DNA of 64,000 nt from Leucoraja erinacea (Eukaryota): assembly GCF_028641065.1 (NCBI RefSeq), contig NC_073400.1, forward strand, positions 15,066,001-15,130,000. Reading direction: 5' to 3'. Below are positions 1-12,590 of this stretch, piece by piece (positions within the stretch are counted from its first letter, which is position 1; the number at the start of each line of letters is the position of its first letter). The notes beneath the pieces are model-generated. The model was not told where the DNA came from. It made no database searches and worked only from the letters and a program-made list of their open reading frames with translations. The position numbers and the translations under genes were made by a program.

Positions 1-230
1 TAATGGGATGTCATAGTGTCGATGGTGGCGATCAATGAACAGCAATAGCTCGCTCAATGAACAGCATCTTGTCTTGTTTCTAGCCACAGGTAGCCATTGG
101 ACTCAGTTTCAGGAAACTAACCTTTGCTGTTTAGGTCAGAACAGCCTAGTCCAGTGCAAGGTGATCCCCTGCAACACTTTTCTTTCCAAAGTGCTTCCAA
201 ACTACTGCGTATTTCCAATATTTTCGAAGT

Positions 231-511
231 AGAAACAAGTAACTGCAAATGCTGGTTTACAAAGGACGCAGAGTGTTGGTGTAACTCAAAGGGTCAGGCC
301 GCGTCAGTGGAGAACATGGATAGGTGATGTTTCAGGTTGGGACCCTTCTTCAGTTACCATGTTATGTGCTGTGTGTATTTTTGCTTTTTTACTTAGTATG
401 GCTGTATGGCAACTCAAATTTCACTGGTGACAATTAAAGTGATTCTTGAATCTTGATGTTCTCCAGAGTTGCTGCCTGACCTGCTGAGTTACTCCAGCAC
501 CATGTGTCCTT
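231..511. mobile_element. Penelope-terminus-derived fold-back element, interrupted by a LINE-like 3' tail (about 353-456)
   Basis: Left arm ends ...GGTGATGTTTCAGGTTGGGACCCTTCTTCAG. Right arm TGTTCTCCAGAGTTGCTGCCTGACCTGCTGAGTTACTCCAGCAC is the inverse of part of it. The insert ends in (CTTGAAT)n. Confidence 0.65.
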
Positions 512-525
512 ATATCCATTATTCT

Positions 526-821
526 CTTTAGACTTTAGAGATAGTGTGGAAAGTCACCGAGTCTGCGCTGACCAGTGAGCCCCATACATTAACACTTCCC
601 TACACACACTAGGGATAATTTTACATTTACACCAAACCAATTAACCTACAAACCTGCACGGCTTCGGAGTGGGGGAGGAAACCGAATATCTCGGAGGAAA
701 CCCATGCAGGTCACGGGGAGAACGCACAAACTCAGTACAGACAAGCAGCCGTAGTCTGGATCGAACCCAGGTCTCTGGCACTGTAAGGCAGTAGCTCTCC
801 CGCTACACCACAGTGCCACCC
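526..821 (-). mobile_element. HE1/V-SINE (tRNA-derived SINE)
   Basis: Reverse strand shows a tRNA-like head with B box GGGTTCGATCC, the V-domain GTTCTCCCCGTGACC..GGGTTTCCTCC and a (CTAAAGT)n tail. Confidence 0.85.
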
Positions 822-1519
822 TAAGGTATTGACTCTGCCTCTCAGCAGATGCTGCCTAAACTGCAGAGCGTTCCAACATTTCCTGCTTCAGTTTCAGATT
901 TCCAAGAGCTACAGTTTTTGTTTCAACTTGAAGACGCATTTGGGCTTTGCGAGACCCAAATATTATGCACCTTCTTTGCCAAACCACCAGCGTTCTTTGG
1001 CAGCAATTGCTGTCATGAATTGTGCCAGTTTCAAAAATCAGCGTTCTGCTCATTTTTCTTGGTAATTAGCTCAACCACTGAAGGTCCCTGCAGCCAAACT
1101 CAATGTTTGCATCAATTTCACAACTTTTAATTATACTTGAAATAATTTTAATTACCCCAATAAATTCAAATTAAAACCTCAACAACTAAAGCTCTCTCTG
1201 GCCAAAAAGATGTCCACTCAGTTCAATGGAGTAATCATGTTAAAGCATAACATGGCACAGACAAAGGTCATTCAACCCAACTCATCCATATTGTACAAGA
1301 TGCCCATTCAAGCTGAAGCAGTCCTGAGCTACCATCCACCTTATTGGAGACCCTAGGACTATCTTTAATTGGACTTTACCTTGCGCTAAACATTATTCCC
1401 TTTATCATGTATCTGTACAGTGTGGATGGCTTCATTGTAACCATGTCTTTCCGCACGCAACAAAAAACTTTTCACTGTACCTCTGTACACGTGAATAAAC
1501 TAAAGTAAAAAAACTAAAA

Positions 1520-2030
1520 CGATGTTTGGCCTATCTCTCTCAAACCTTGTATACATGTACACACTGCAAGTGTATATTAAATGTTATTGGACTTGCCTCA
1601 ACCATTTTCTCTGTGCAGTAAACATAATATCTGCACTCTCATTAACACCTCATTCCATATATGCACTACCCCATGGGTGAAGAAGTTGAAACTTTCTAAA
1701 TTTCTTTCTAAACCTTTCTAAATTATTTCCCTCATAAACTTATGTTTGCCCCCTAGCTTTTGATTTCCTTACACAGGGTAAAAGGTTCTGTGCAATCACC
1801 ATTTTTCCAGCCCCTCGTGATTTTATGCACCTCTACAAAAGCACCCTTCAATCTCCGACACAGCAGAGAATAAAGTCGTAGCCTGCCCAACTTTATAACG
1901 CAGGCCCTCAAGTCCTGGCAACATTCCCGTCAGTCTTTGTAATCTTTCCAGCTTAATGATGTTGTTCCAATAACAGGGTGACCTAGACTGTACACAATAC
2001 TTCAAGTGTGGCCTCACTTCGACAACTGCA
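1520..2030 (-). mobile_element. CR1/HER1 LINE 3' fragment, decayed
   Basis: ORF 1823..2107 contains VRPHLKYCVQ..SPCY..IIKLERLQR.LTGMLPGLEGL, the typical CR1 ORF2 C-terminus. Confidence 0.8.
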
Positions 2031-2659
2031 ACATCATACTCCGGCATTGTGTGTCCATCACTATTTCCAGCTGTATAACAATAATTTACAGTGCTGAGGT
2101 CCTGCATTCTGCACCCTGGTATTTTTCTCTTTGCTCTACCCGTTTGTTATACTTGTGTTTGTCGTGATCATATTTGTGTATAGTATTATCTGATTTGTAA
2201 GCTTTTTACTGTACCTCAGTATACATTGTACATGTATAGTGACAATAAATGGCATATCATATCATATCATGTGACAATAATAAGCCTAAACGTTCTTGCA
2301 ATCAGGGATGGAAAAGGAGCGATGCAAATACGAAAGTGAAATATTGATTTGATCATCATTTATATGATGTTGCTTTGTGTGGAAAGACAGGTTATTACAA
2401 CGGTGAGAAAGTCACTTTAATAATGGAGCAGTTACAATGAGGATGATTAGACTAGATCACGTCAGAACACCACAGCCCGGTAATCAATTCTATTAGCTCA
2501 GAACTTCATGTTGACCTCCATAAGGTCACTCCTTGTCCACCTGCACTCCACAGAATAAAGTCCCAGCCTGCCCAACCTCTCCCTACAGCTCAGGACCTCG
2601 AGTCCTGCCAACATCCTCGTAAATCTTCTCTGTACTATAACAGCTTGTAAGCTGGAAAA

Positions 2660-3980
2660 TGATGGAGAAAAAATTCACGAGGATATTGTCAGGACTTGAT
2701 GGCCTGAGCTACAGGAAGAGGTTGAGCAGGCAAGGATTCCATTCCATAGCGAGCAGGAGGATGAGGGGTAATCTTATAGAGATGTAAGAGATGAATGAGA
2801 TGAATAGAGGGTAAATGCACAGTTGTTTACCCAGAGTAGGGGAATCAAGAACCAGAAGATAAAGATAAAGATAAAGATAATTTTATTGGTCACATACACA
2901 CCTAGATGTAGTGAAATGCTTCTTGCCATGCAGCACATAAAGAAAGAATACAAACATAACAATAATAAAGAAATTTAAACATAAAAACATCCCCCCACAA
3001 TGGTTCCCATTATGAGGGAAGGCACAGTGTCCAGTCCCCATCCCATGTCCACCCATAGTCGGGCCTATTGAGGCCTCCACAGTTGCCTTTAAGGAGGCCC
3101 GATGTTCCAGGCCGTTCTCGCCGGGTGATGTTGCTCCGGTGTCAGGAGAATCCTCTCGGCGGCATAGGAACCCTGGAACGGCCGCTTCCCTCACCGGAGA
3201 CCGCGGCTTCCAAAGCCAACAAGGCCGTGCCGGTTGGAGCTCCACCACTGGCGATCTCATCGAGAGATCCCAGGCTCCCGGTGTAAATTTCAGCGCCGCC
3301 GCCCGCAGCTGGCCGCTCCACAGACCCGCAGCTCCACAATGTTTATCCCGGTGGTCTTCAGCTCACCGGAGCTCCAGCGCGGCAACCCGGGCAAGGCATC
3401 GCCCGCTCCACGATAGCGCTCCAGCACTGTGCCGCCACCGAAACTGAGGTTCTGGGCGGTCCCCTCAGGAAACACTGCTCCAGGCCCGCTGGTAGGCCGT
3501 GAGGACGGGTTAAACTGCAGCCCGGAGAAAAGCTGCCTTTCCGACCAGGTAGGGACCCTGAAAGATAGTTTCCCCCCCCCCCTTCCCCTCCCACATAGAA
3601 AAGTCTAGACCTCCAGAACAAAAACACTTTAACTAAAAATAAAAAAAAGAGATGAAAAAGATGGACAGCTGCTGGCTGATTAGCCATACACAGGACTGCG
3701 CCCCCTAGAAGATATACGTTTAAGGTGAGAGGGGAAAGATTTAATTGGAACCCGAAGGAAAACTTCATTTTACTACACAAAGGATGGTAAGTATGAGGAA
3801 TAGGCTGCCAGAAGAGATAGTTGAGGCAGGAACCATCACAACATTTAAGAAACATTTGGACAGGTACGTGTATAGGAAAGATATGGAAGCATATGGGCCA
3901 AACGCAGGCAGGTGGAAATAGTGCACATGGGGAAGTTGGTCGACGTTTGGCGAAAAAGCCTGTTTCTGTAAGTTATGACT
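2660..3980 (+). mobile_element. CR1/HER1 3' fragment split by the 2862-3706 insertion
   Basis: GGGAATCAAGAACCAGAAGATA|...|AGAAGATATACGTTTAAGGTGAGAGGGGAAAGATTTAA: the CR1 tail is continuous across the insert. Confidence 0.8.
2862..3706 (-). mobile_element. GC/CpG-rich non-autonomous retroposon with a Rex1-like 3' tail
   Basis: 8-bp TSD AGAAGATA (2854-2861 and 3707-3714). Minus-strand 3' end reads CATTTCACTACATCTAGGTGTGTATGTGACCAATAAA followed by (TTATCT)n. Confidence 0.8.
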
Positions 3981-4946
3981 ATATCTATACAACACTTTCC
4001 AGGCTAATGACATCCTTCCTATAGCAGGGTGACCGAAACAGAACGCAATGCTCCATAGCAACTGTTTGCATCTTCATGTTTGGGTCGGCAATTGCCTGTT
4101 GAATTTCGTCGAGTGATGTGAAACGGGTGTAATTGTGCTTCACTTTGAGAAAAGTTAATTTTGAATCTGAAACAGGCTACATGTTCGAATTTCTGGGCAT
4201 TTGTCTTTTAAGTGGATTAATGCATCTGTTCTAATAGTGTCCGTGGAGTATGACGGAACAGCCTTCAGCATTCTCATACCATTACATCCAACAGTTTCGA
4301 AGATATCACTTTTATTGTGCTATAATACCATTTATTGTGTTTCGTGTCCCCAGGCTATTTCTATGAACAGATTGTCATGCCTCCATGAACAGTAATATTA
4401 AGGTCACAGAGGTTCGGGTTCCATTAACGCACTCAAACAACATTATGGTTTTATATTCAACAATAAAAGTTTGACACATCACATAATGTGTTGATAATCT
4501 CAATGCTCTTGATCAGCTGTAGAGCTGGGATCTTATTTTGATGCGTTCCCAGATATCGAGCACTGCATGCGATTAAAATGATGAGAAACATTGGATCGCT
4601 TGAGTAAAGAATATCCCTTTTAATCTAAAATAAACTATATTGTAACAGCACTCGATGGAAACATTGCATGGGAAGGAGATGCAGTTGTTTAGGAAATTGT
4701 AGAATGCCCTATTGGTTACATGCAAATACTTTTTTTTCCTCACTTGCTAATTATGAAATAAAAGGGAGTCCATTCTGTCCATCAGATCTGAGCCAGTACC
4801 CGAAGGAGCTAAACCCATCAGATTCATTCTCCAACCTATCATTTCCCTGTAGCCCTACAATTTGCAGCATCTTCCCTTTGATACATTTTTGTTGATATCT
4901 ATACTAAAGAGTAATTCATGGTGGTCAATTAAACTACCTACACACA

Positions 4947-5646
4947 TTTAGTTTAGTTCAGCGATATAGCGTGGAAACAGGCCCATTTGACCCAGCAAGT
5001 CCGCGCCAACCAGCAATCACCGCACACAAACACTGCACCACACACACTAGGGACAATGTAACTGAAGCCAATTAATTTACAAACCTGTGCGTCTTTGGAG
5101 TGTGGGAGGAAACCCGAGCACCCGGAGAAAACCCACGCAGGTGAATGGTGAAGAGAGTGGTGAAAATTGCCCAACGCATCACCGGTTCCACGCTCCCCTC
5201 CATTGAGTCTGTCCAAAGCAAGCGCTGTCTGCAGAGGGCGCTCAGCATCGCCAAGGACTGCTCTCACCCCAACCATGGACTGTTTACCCTCCTACCATCC
5301 GGGAGGCGCTACAGGTCTCTCCGTTGCCGAACCAGCAGGTCGAGGAACAGCTTCTTTCCGGCGGCTGTCACTCTACTAAACAACGTACCTCGGTGACTGC
5401 CAATCACCACCCCCCCCCGGACACTTATTATTTTTTTTATTCAAATCGTTTGCTATGTCGCTCTTCAAGGGAGATGCTAAATGCATTTCGTTGTCTCTGT
5501 ACTGTACACTGACAATGACAATTAAAATTGAATCTGAATCTGAATCAGGTCACGGGGTGAACATACAAACTCCGTACAGACAGCACCCGTAGTCACAAAC
5601 CCAGATCTGTGGCGTTGCAAGACAGCAACTCCACCGCTGTTTTGCC
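4947..5646 (-). mobile_element. HE1/V-SINE interrupted by a Rex1 fragment
   Basis: The SINE sequence ACCCACGCAGGT|CACGGGG is split at 5142/5551. Confidence 0.85.
5143..5545 (+). mobile_element. Rex1/Babar LINE, 5'-truncated 3' end
   Basis: ORF 5145..5396 RVVKIAQRITG..LPSI...HPNHGLFTLLPSGRRYRSL...NSFFP.AV.LLN is the Rex1 C-terminus. (GAATCT)n tail. TSD CAGGT (5138-5142 and 5546-5550). Confidence 0.9.
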
Positions 5647-5769
5647 TCGTATCTACACTAATGAGTCATTCATGGTGGTCAATTAAACTACCTGCACACA
5701 AATGTATTGTTAATTATTGTATATTACTATGTGTTATTACGTTAATGGACTTCTTAAGATGCAGCAAGC

Positions 5770-6062
5770 AAGGATGACACAGTGGCACAGCTGCTCCCCC
5801 ACAGCATCAGACACCCTGTTTCGATTCCTGATCACAGGTGCTGTCTGTGTACAACTTGCATCTTCTCCCTGTTACTTCCTGACCCCTTGCCTTTCCTCCG
5901 GGTGCTCCGGTATCCTCCCACATCCAAAAGACGTGCGGGTTTGTACATTAATTGACTTCTGCAAATCGCCCCTCATGTGGAGAGATTGGATGAGAAAGTG
6001 GGATAACACAGATTTAGTGTGAACGGGTAATCGATGGTTGGTGTGGACTCAGTGGGCTGAGG
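5770..6062 (+). mobile_element. HE1/V-SINE
   Basis: B box GTTTCGATTCC, then GGTGCTGTCTGT and TCCGGGTGCTCCGG core. Confidence 0.75.
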
Positions 6063-6449
6063 AGTCTTGCAGCAAGGAAACAGGCCATTTGGCCCACCTT
6101 GCCATGCTGTTCCAGGTGCCCCCATCTACACTGGTCCCACTTGCCCACGTTTGGCTCTTATCCTTCTAAACCTTTCCTATCCATGTACTTATCCAAATGT
6201 TGTTATAGTACCTGCCTACTCCTACTACCTCCTGCAGCTCATTATATATATACACCACCCTCTTTGTGAAAAAGTTGCCCGTCAGGTTCCTATTAAATCT
6301 TTCCCCTCTCTCCTTAAACTGATGTCCTCTGGTCCTTGATTCCCCTACTGCGGGTAAAAGGCTGTGCATTTACCCTAGCTATCCCCTTCATGATCTTATA
6401 CACATATGATTGCCCCTCATCTTCCCGCACTTCAAGGAATAAAGTCTTA

Positions 6450-6811
6450 AGGGGCTGTCCCACTGCGGCGACCCAATTCGCGAGTTCAGACGAGTTTGCC
6501 CTCGACTCGTACTCGCAGCATGGTCGACACGAAGTCCCAGGAGGTGTTTGTAACTCTCCTTCATGCTCAAGAGTAGTCCCCGCAGAATCGAGGCCTCAGC
6601 TAGGTAACGGCGAATTTTTCAACATGTTGAAAAATGCCCTTGAGTTAAAAAAAAGGTCGCCATGAGGAAAAAGTGTGCGTGCGTGTGCGTGCGATTTGGC
6701 TCGCAGTTTCATCGCCGACAGTCGATCCAGCTCGAGGTTTTTCAAGAGTGTGCCCTCGAGCTTGAAGGTCGAAGACAGATGCTGCAAAGTCACGTCAGAC
6801 AGACAGGACCT
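6450..6811. mobile_element. PIF/Harbinger-type MITE
   Basis: Left end AGGGGCTGTCCCAC, degenerate right end GACAGGACCT, TTA TSD (6447-6449 and 6812-6814). Removing it restores a CR1 tail GGAATAAAGTCTTAATCTGCCCAAC. Confidence 0.75.
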
Positions 6812-7219
6812 TTAATCTGCCCAACTAGTCTGCCCTGATCTTGATTAGTACGGGTGTCAGAGGTTATGGGGAGAAGGCAGGAGAAAGGGGTAAGGAGGGA
6901 GAGATAGATCAGCCATGATTGAATGGCAGAGTGGACTTAATGGGTCAAATGGCCTAATTCTATTCCTATTCCTTATGACCCTCCCCCTCTAGCTCAGCAT
7001 TCTTGTAAATCTTGTCTTCACACTTCCCAACTTAACAACAGTGTTCCTATAGCAGGTTGACCAAAGCGGAAAGCAATTCTCCAAGTATTATTACCACAAC
7101 GACTGCTACACGCCGTTTGAGATCACTACGCATGACTAGACACCATTGTCCAAGTATGACATTTAATTGTAGATAAAAAACAAATGATTTTTCCCAGTTG
7201 GATAGTTATTTTTGTCATC

Positions 7220-7245
7220 GGGGGGGGGGGGGGGGGGGGGGGGGG
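7220..7245 (+). repeat. poly-G tract (26 G)
   Basis: Uninterrupted G run, read directly. Confidence 0.9.
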
Positions 7246-7537
7246 TTGGATTTAATAGGAACCAGTGGGGTAACTTTTTCTTTTTTTTTTAAACACACAA
7301 TTGGTAGTGGGTGTATATAACGAGCTGCATGAGGAGGTAGTTGAGGCAGGTACTATTGCACAGTTTAAGAAACATTCAGATAACGATAGGACAGGTTTGA
7401 AGGGATATGGGACAAACGCAGGCAGGACAGACTAGTGCAAATGATAGATGTGGGCAAGTTGGGCGGAAAGGCCTGTTTCCATGCTGTTTGGCTCAACATG
7501 AATAAAACTTCATGGTACCCTTACGAGCTTTATCCAT

Positions 7538-7634
7538 AAGATAGACACAAAGTGCTGGAGCAACTCAGTGGGTCAGGCAGCATCTCTGGATAAAAGGGAT
7601 GGGTGACGTTTCAGGTCGGAACCCTTCTTCAGAC
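7538..7634 (-). mobile_element. Penelope terminus with hammerhead-like motif
   Basis: Reverse strand reads GTCTGAAGAAGGGTTCCGACCTGAAACGTCACCC, followed by the conserved GAGATGCTGCCTGACCCACTGAGTTGCTCCAGCAC. Confidence 0.75.
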
Positions 7635-8330
7635 GCGTTCTTTATCCATGATGTCAATTGCATCAATAATCAGGACTCGAGCCACAGAATAGCAGCTTCA
7701 GGACCCATTGCCAGGTCATTCATATTTTGCTTTGGCGGAATATTTTAGATATTGGCAGATTAACAAAAAAAGCTACTGTAGAGTTCTGCAGCTAATGAGA
7801 TTATTATCATGTTGAACAAAGTTGAGAACCACTTAGTGTCAAGTAGAATTACAAATAAGGCTGCTTTTCATTTGGAAATTCATTAAACTCAAGGCATTTT
7901 GTATTTTGTCAATTTAAGCACAACCTACAAAAAAATGTAATCACCTTTAGAACTGCTAAGTACATTTTGATGAAGGTCATATATTTTTTACGTACTTTTG
8001 TGCGCCATACACTCCAAACTATCTCAGCCTATCAGCTTTATTATAACTACATCACACCATTAGTCGTGACGTATTGGGGATTGCAGAATGAAGCATTTCA
8101 GGAGAACACTTACATAAACAAATCCATTTATATTCTCAAGTATTATGTGTGGAGGTTTGACAAGGAGCTCAAATCATCAGAAATTAAGCTAAATATTGCA
8201 TAATTTGTGGTGCTCCGTCCACTATTGTCTGCAAAGTATTGTAAATACAAGAAATTTGATTAAATAGTCTGGTGCCACGAAATTAACACTGTGCCAATCC
8301 ATCATACCAAGGCATTGATGGAGAGGTGAG

Positions 8331-8617
8331 ACTTTAGAGACAGCATGGCAAATGGCCCTTCGGCCCACTGAGTCTGTGCTGACCAGCGATCACCTTGCAC
8401 ACGAGCACTATCCTACACACAAGGGACAATTTACAATTTACAGAAGCGAATTAACCTTCAAACTTGCTTATCATTGGAGTTTGGGTAAAAAGCAGAGCAC
8501 CCAGAGAAAATGCACGCGGTCACAGGGAGAAGATAAACAGCACCCATAGTCTGGATCAGACCAGAGTCTCTGGGGCTGCAAGGGAGCAACTCTACTGCTG
8601 CACCACTGTGCCACCCC
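8331..8617 (-). mobile_element. HE1/V-SINE
   Basis: Head, V-core and GGGCCGAAGGGCC tail on the reverse strand. Confidence 0.8.
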
Positions 8618-9212
8618 CTAGTATTTTAACTGTGTTTTTTTTGCAATAATAATTGATTATAGTGATAAATGTTTGAATGGTGATCGATGGCTGGCACGGA
8701 CTTGATGGTCTGAAAGGCCCGTTTCCATGCCGTCTCTCTAAACTAAAAATCTGTTCATTGTACCTGCCATTATGTGGCTTGTAGAATGTTCCTTCACATT
8801 AACCTTGATTCGAGTGTTAGCCTTTTTAACCGTGAGTAAAAAATGCCAGCAGCAAATTGTCTTCACAGTCATTGAATCTTCAGTTTATCCTTGAAGATGG
8901 ATCAATCAGGTTGAAGGGTAATTTTACGTCACTGATACACTAGTTCCATAAAAGGCAGTTGTCTCCATACCTGTTGGAAATGGAGTTGTTAAACGGCAGT
9001 TAAAATATGGATCAGGATTTACGAGCAAAAACCCTGATTTTAAGCTGCTTATTTTCAGTGGATGTATAGTTTTGCTAAAAAATATTGAAATCAAGTTGTT
9101 TGAAAGGGGAAAATCAGTCTTTCAAACCAAATGTTATGGGCTACATAAAATAATTTGCCTTGTTCCAAGTTTCCACACACACAGCTGTCTAGCTCCAACT
9201 TAAAATAGAGGT

Positions 9213-9399
9213 TTGTGTAGGAAGGAACTGCAGATGCTAGTTTAAACCAAAGATAGACACAAAAAGCTGGAGTAACTCAGTGGGACAGGCAGCATCTCTG
9301 GAGAGAAGAAATGGAGGATGTTTCGGGTCAAGACTGAAGGGTCTCAACCCGAAACGTCACCCATTCCTTCTCTCCAGAGATGCTGCCTGCCCCGCTGAG
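9213..9399. mobile_element. Penelope-terminus fold-back element
   Basis: Inverted arms GCAGCATCTCTGGAGAGAAG and CTTCTCTCCAGAGATGCTGC surround GACTGAAGGGTCTCAACCCGAAACGTC. Confidence 0.75.
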
Positions 9400-9789
9400 A
9401 AAATAGAGGTTATTGCCTCTATGAAAGCCTGTATGTTAGATTGGAGTAGACATCATGTCACCCAGAGTACTATCTTCATAGCAAATGTGAAGATATACTG
9501 CTATACTATTCTGACCATTGATCCTATCTATGCCACTTACTGTATATACATTTTTATCAGGTCTCCCTTCAATCTTCAACGCTCCAGAGAAAACAGTCCA
9601 GGCATGCCCAACCACTAATTGTAGCTAGTAACCTTCTAAACCAGACAGCATCCGAATAAGCACCCTCCCCAAAGTCTTGATATCCTTCCTGTCATAGGGT
9701 GACCAAAATTACACAATAGTGTGGCTCTGATTAATAGCATCCAAAAACAAGTTCCCTGTGCATGAACAGTGGCTAGATATACTGTGCTC

Positions 9790-10540
9790 AATTTGCCTCA
9801 AGGTCAACTACCTCTCCCACAATGTCAAGCAAGCTGAAGGATCTAGTTAATGACTTCAGGAGGCATGGTGGAATACTTAGCCCAATCAGCATCATTGGTA
9901 CCAAGCTAGAAATGATTCAGAGCTTCAAGCTCCTTGACGTAAATGTCACCAAAGATCTGCCATAGACCAACTACACTGAAGCATCAGCAAAGCAGCACAC
10001 CCACGCCTCTACTTCCTCGGGAGACTGAGGAAATTCGCCAAATCTCCAACGACTGCTCCAAACATCTACAAAAGCACCATCGAAAACCATACTGTCAGCT
10101 TGGTTTGGGAACAGCTCCGTCCAAGATTGCAAGAAATTGCAAGGAGTTGTAGATGTAGCCCAGTCCATCTCACAGACCAGACTCCCCACCATTCACACTG
10201 CCTCGGGAAAGCAACTCACATAAACGATTTGTCCCACCTCAGTCATTCCTTCTCCCTGCTCTCATCTGGCAGCAGGTAGAGAAGCTTGAAAGTGCACACC
10301 ACCAGAACCACGAACAGTTGATTCTTTCCCTCTTTTATCAACCTTCTGTACGGTCCTTCCACAAGTTGAGTACAACCCCGATTCTTCAACCTGAGAATAT
10401 ATTCTGCACTCTATATCTTTCTCTTTGCTCTATTGTACTCAAGTTCAGCTTGATTGTATTCACGTACAGTATATCTGATGAGTTTGGAAAGCAAGCGAAA
10501 TAACGTTTTTCCACTGTACCTCGTTACATCTGACAATAAT
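9790..10540 (+). mobile_element. Rex1/Babar LINE 3' fragment, heavily decayed
   Basis: Frameshifted remnants of the FKLL..NVT and RLYFLGRLRKF motifs and of the C-terminus, plus a TGACAATAA tail. Confidence 0.7.
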
Positions 10541-10575
10541 AGACCTGCACAAGTAGAGAATATGGCTATGTGCTG

Positions 10576-10869
10576 TTTAGTTCAGTTTAAAGATACAGCA
10601 TGGAAACAGGCCCTTCGGCCCACCGAGTCTGTGCCAACCAGTGATCCCCGTACAATAGCACGATCCGACACACAAGAGACAATTTATCATCTTTACTGAA
10701 GCCAATTTACCTACAAACCTGTACGTCTTTGGAGTGTGGGAGAAAACCGGAGCACCCGGGGAATAACCCACATAGGTCACGGGGATAACGTGCAAACTCC
10801 GTGCAGACAGCAACCGTTATCAGGATCGAACCTGGGTCTCTGGTGCTGTCAGGCAGCAACTCTGTGCCG
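10576..10869 (-). mobile_element. HE1/V-SINE
   Basis: Matches the other copies. GGATCGAACCTGGG is the reverse B box. Confidence 0.85.
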
Positions 10870-11508
10870 CACATATGCTGAGCATATGCTGAGCATACGT
10901 TACATTTCCACAAGTATTTCTTTGAAAAAAAAAGTTTGAAACTGACCGTCATCAACTTTTCAATGGAGCAGAAAAAATATCGACTAATTGCTTCCTCAAG
11001 AACAAAAGTTATCTGCCTCTCAAGAGATCGCTCAATACAATTTTTAGTGAACCAAGGAAAGCTATAGCATCAGCATATTATGAGCTCTGGTGTCAGACGG
11101 ATCTGAAGTAGTGTGAGGCTTGCAAATGGAAACAAAAATCCATACTTTACAAATAATTCTGCAGTGGAGCGGCTACATGAGAGAATAACAACATGTTTTA
11201 ATGAGAACTCCGAGAGCAATTTCTCCAGACGAGTTCAAATAAAATTAAGGTTAGGTATCAGCCACACAGCGTGCCATGGCAAATTAAGCAAAGGTTCATC
11301 AGGCTTAATGAAGATTCAATTATACGTCAATACATGTTGCAATGTTGGAGAGTGCATAGATAGAATGACTAATAGTACTAACATGCATCGACTAAGCTAA
11401 GATCTTGATGTAGCATTGAAACATGTGGCCTTCCTGTGTCATGACCTGTTGGTGGATATAGAAGCTCCAAACAAAGCAATCAAATGTACAATTTTCCAAT
11501 ATCATTAT

Positions 11509-11796
11509 AGGCAAAGCAGTAGAGCTGCTGCCGCACAGCGCTAGAATCCCGGGTTCTATCCTGACTACGGATGCTGTCCCTACGGAGTTTTATGTTCTCC
11601 CTGTGACTGGCGTGGGTTTTCCCCGGATGCTCCGCTTTCCTCCCACACTCCAAAGGCGTACAAGTTTGGAGGTTAATTGCCTTCAGGAAATTGTAAATTG
11701 TCCCTAGTGTAGGATAGCGCCAGCGTCCCGGGTGATTGCAGGTCAGCACGACTGGGTGGGCCGAAGGGCCTGTTTCCCTGCTGTATCTCTAAAAAC
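11509..11796 (+). mobile_element. HE1/V-SINE
   Basis: GCAGTAGAGCTGCTGCC...CCCGGGTTCTATCC...GGGCCGAAGGGCCTGTTTCC..CTGTATCTCTAAA. Confidence 0.85.
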
Positions 11797-11830
11797 TATA
11801 CATGGCCAATGTTGAGATATCACAATACAA

Positions 11831-12125
11831 AGGGGCAGCACAGTGGCTCAGCAGGCAGGACTGCCGACTCACAGCGCCAGAAAACAGTTTGATCCTGATC
11901 TCAAGTGCCACCTGTACGGAGTTTGCATGTGCTCCCCGTGACCGTGTGGGCTTCCTCCCACATCCTAAAGACGTGCAGGTCTGTAGATTAATGGGGTTCT
12001 GTAAATTGTCCCCAGCGTGTAAGAAGTGGATGTTAAAGTGGGATCACAGAACTAGTACGACCGAAGGTTGGCATGGTCTGGATGGGCCAAAGGGCCTGTT
12101 TCCATGCTCTGTCTCTAAACTAAAC
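11831..12125 (+). mobile_element. HE1/V-SINE (tandem neighbour of the previous copy)
   Basis: GGGGCAGCACAGTGGCTCAGC head and CTCTAAACTAAAC tail. Confidence 0.8.
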
Positions 12126-12340
12126 ATTCTTTACATCAATCGGAGGAAAGCTTGACTGTTGTCACCAAGGATATGAAAGCATGGATAAAGTGATACAGAT
12201 GAGATTAAGGGTCTTGGCCATGGAGAACCTCTGGCCAACAGGTTGTGTCCTTCCTTGAGGAATGACCCATCATATAATATCAAGGAAAATGACACCTCAC
12301 AGGTTGCAATAGAAAGCAATGCTGCCCAGGTCAACATTAC

Positions 12341-12590
12341 AGGGCAGCACAATGATGCAGCAGTACAGTTGCTACCTTGCAGCTCCAGAGACCCGGGTTC
12401 GATCCTAACTAATGGTGCTATCTGTACGGAGTTTGTACATTTGCCCTGTGACCGTGTGTTTTCTCCAGATGCTCTGGTTTCTTCTCACATTCCAAGGACG
12501 TGCAGGTTGGTAGGTTAATTGGCTTCCATAAATTGTACCTAGTGTGCAGGATAAAAATAGCACAAACGGCTGATCAATGGCTGGAGTGGT
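12341..12590 (+). mobile_element. HE1/V-SINE, 3'-truncated
   Basis: CCCGGGTTCGATCC B box and V-core. Confidence 0.75.

Noticed and set aside
526-821. tRNA-like A/B boxes (also at the heads of many other copies)
   Set aside because: These are SINE heads followed by a V-domain and a LINE-derived tail, with no complete cloverleaf.
2883-3855. Cluster of overlapping ORFs in GC-rich DNA resembling a CpG-island gene start
   Set aside because: The ORFs lie within a TSD-bounded retroposon or its CR1 host. The translations are low-complexity with no domain, and the open frames reflect GC content.
4354-4395. Possible plus-strand exon after TTTCGTGTCCCCAG
   Set aside because: The frames I read close quickly, there is no convincing donor, and there is no recognisable peptide.
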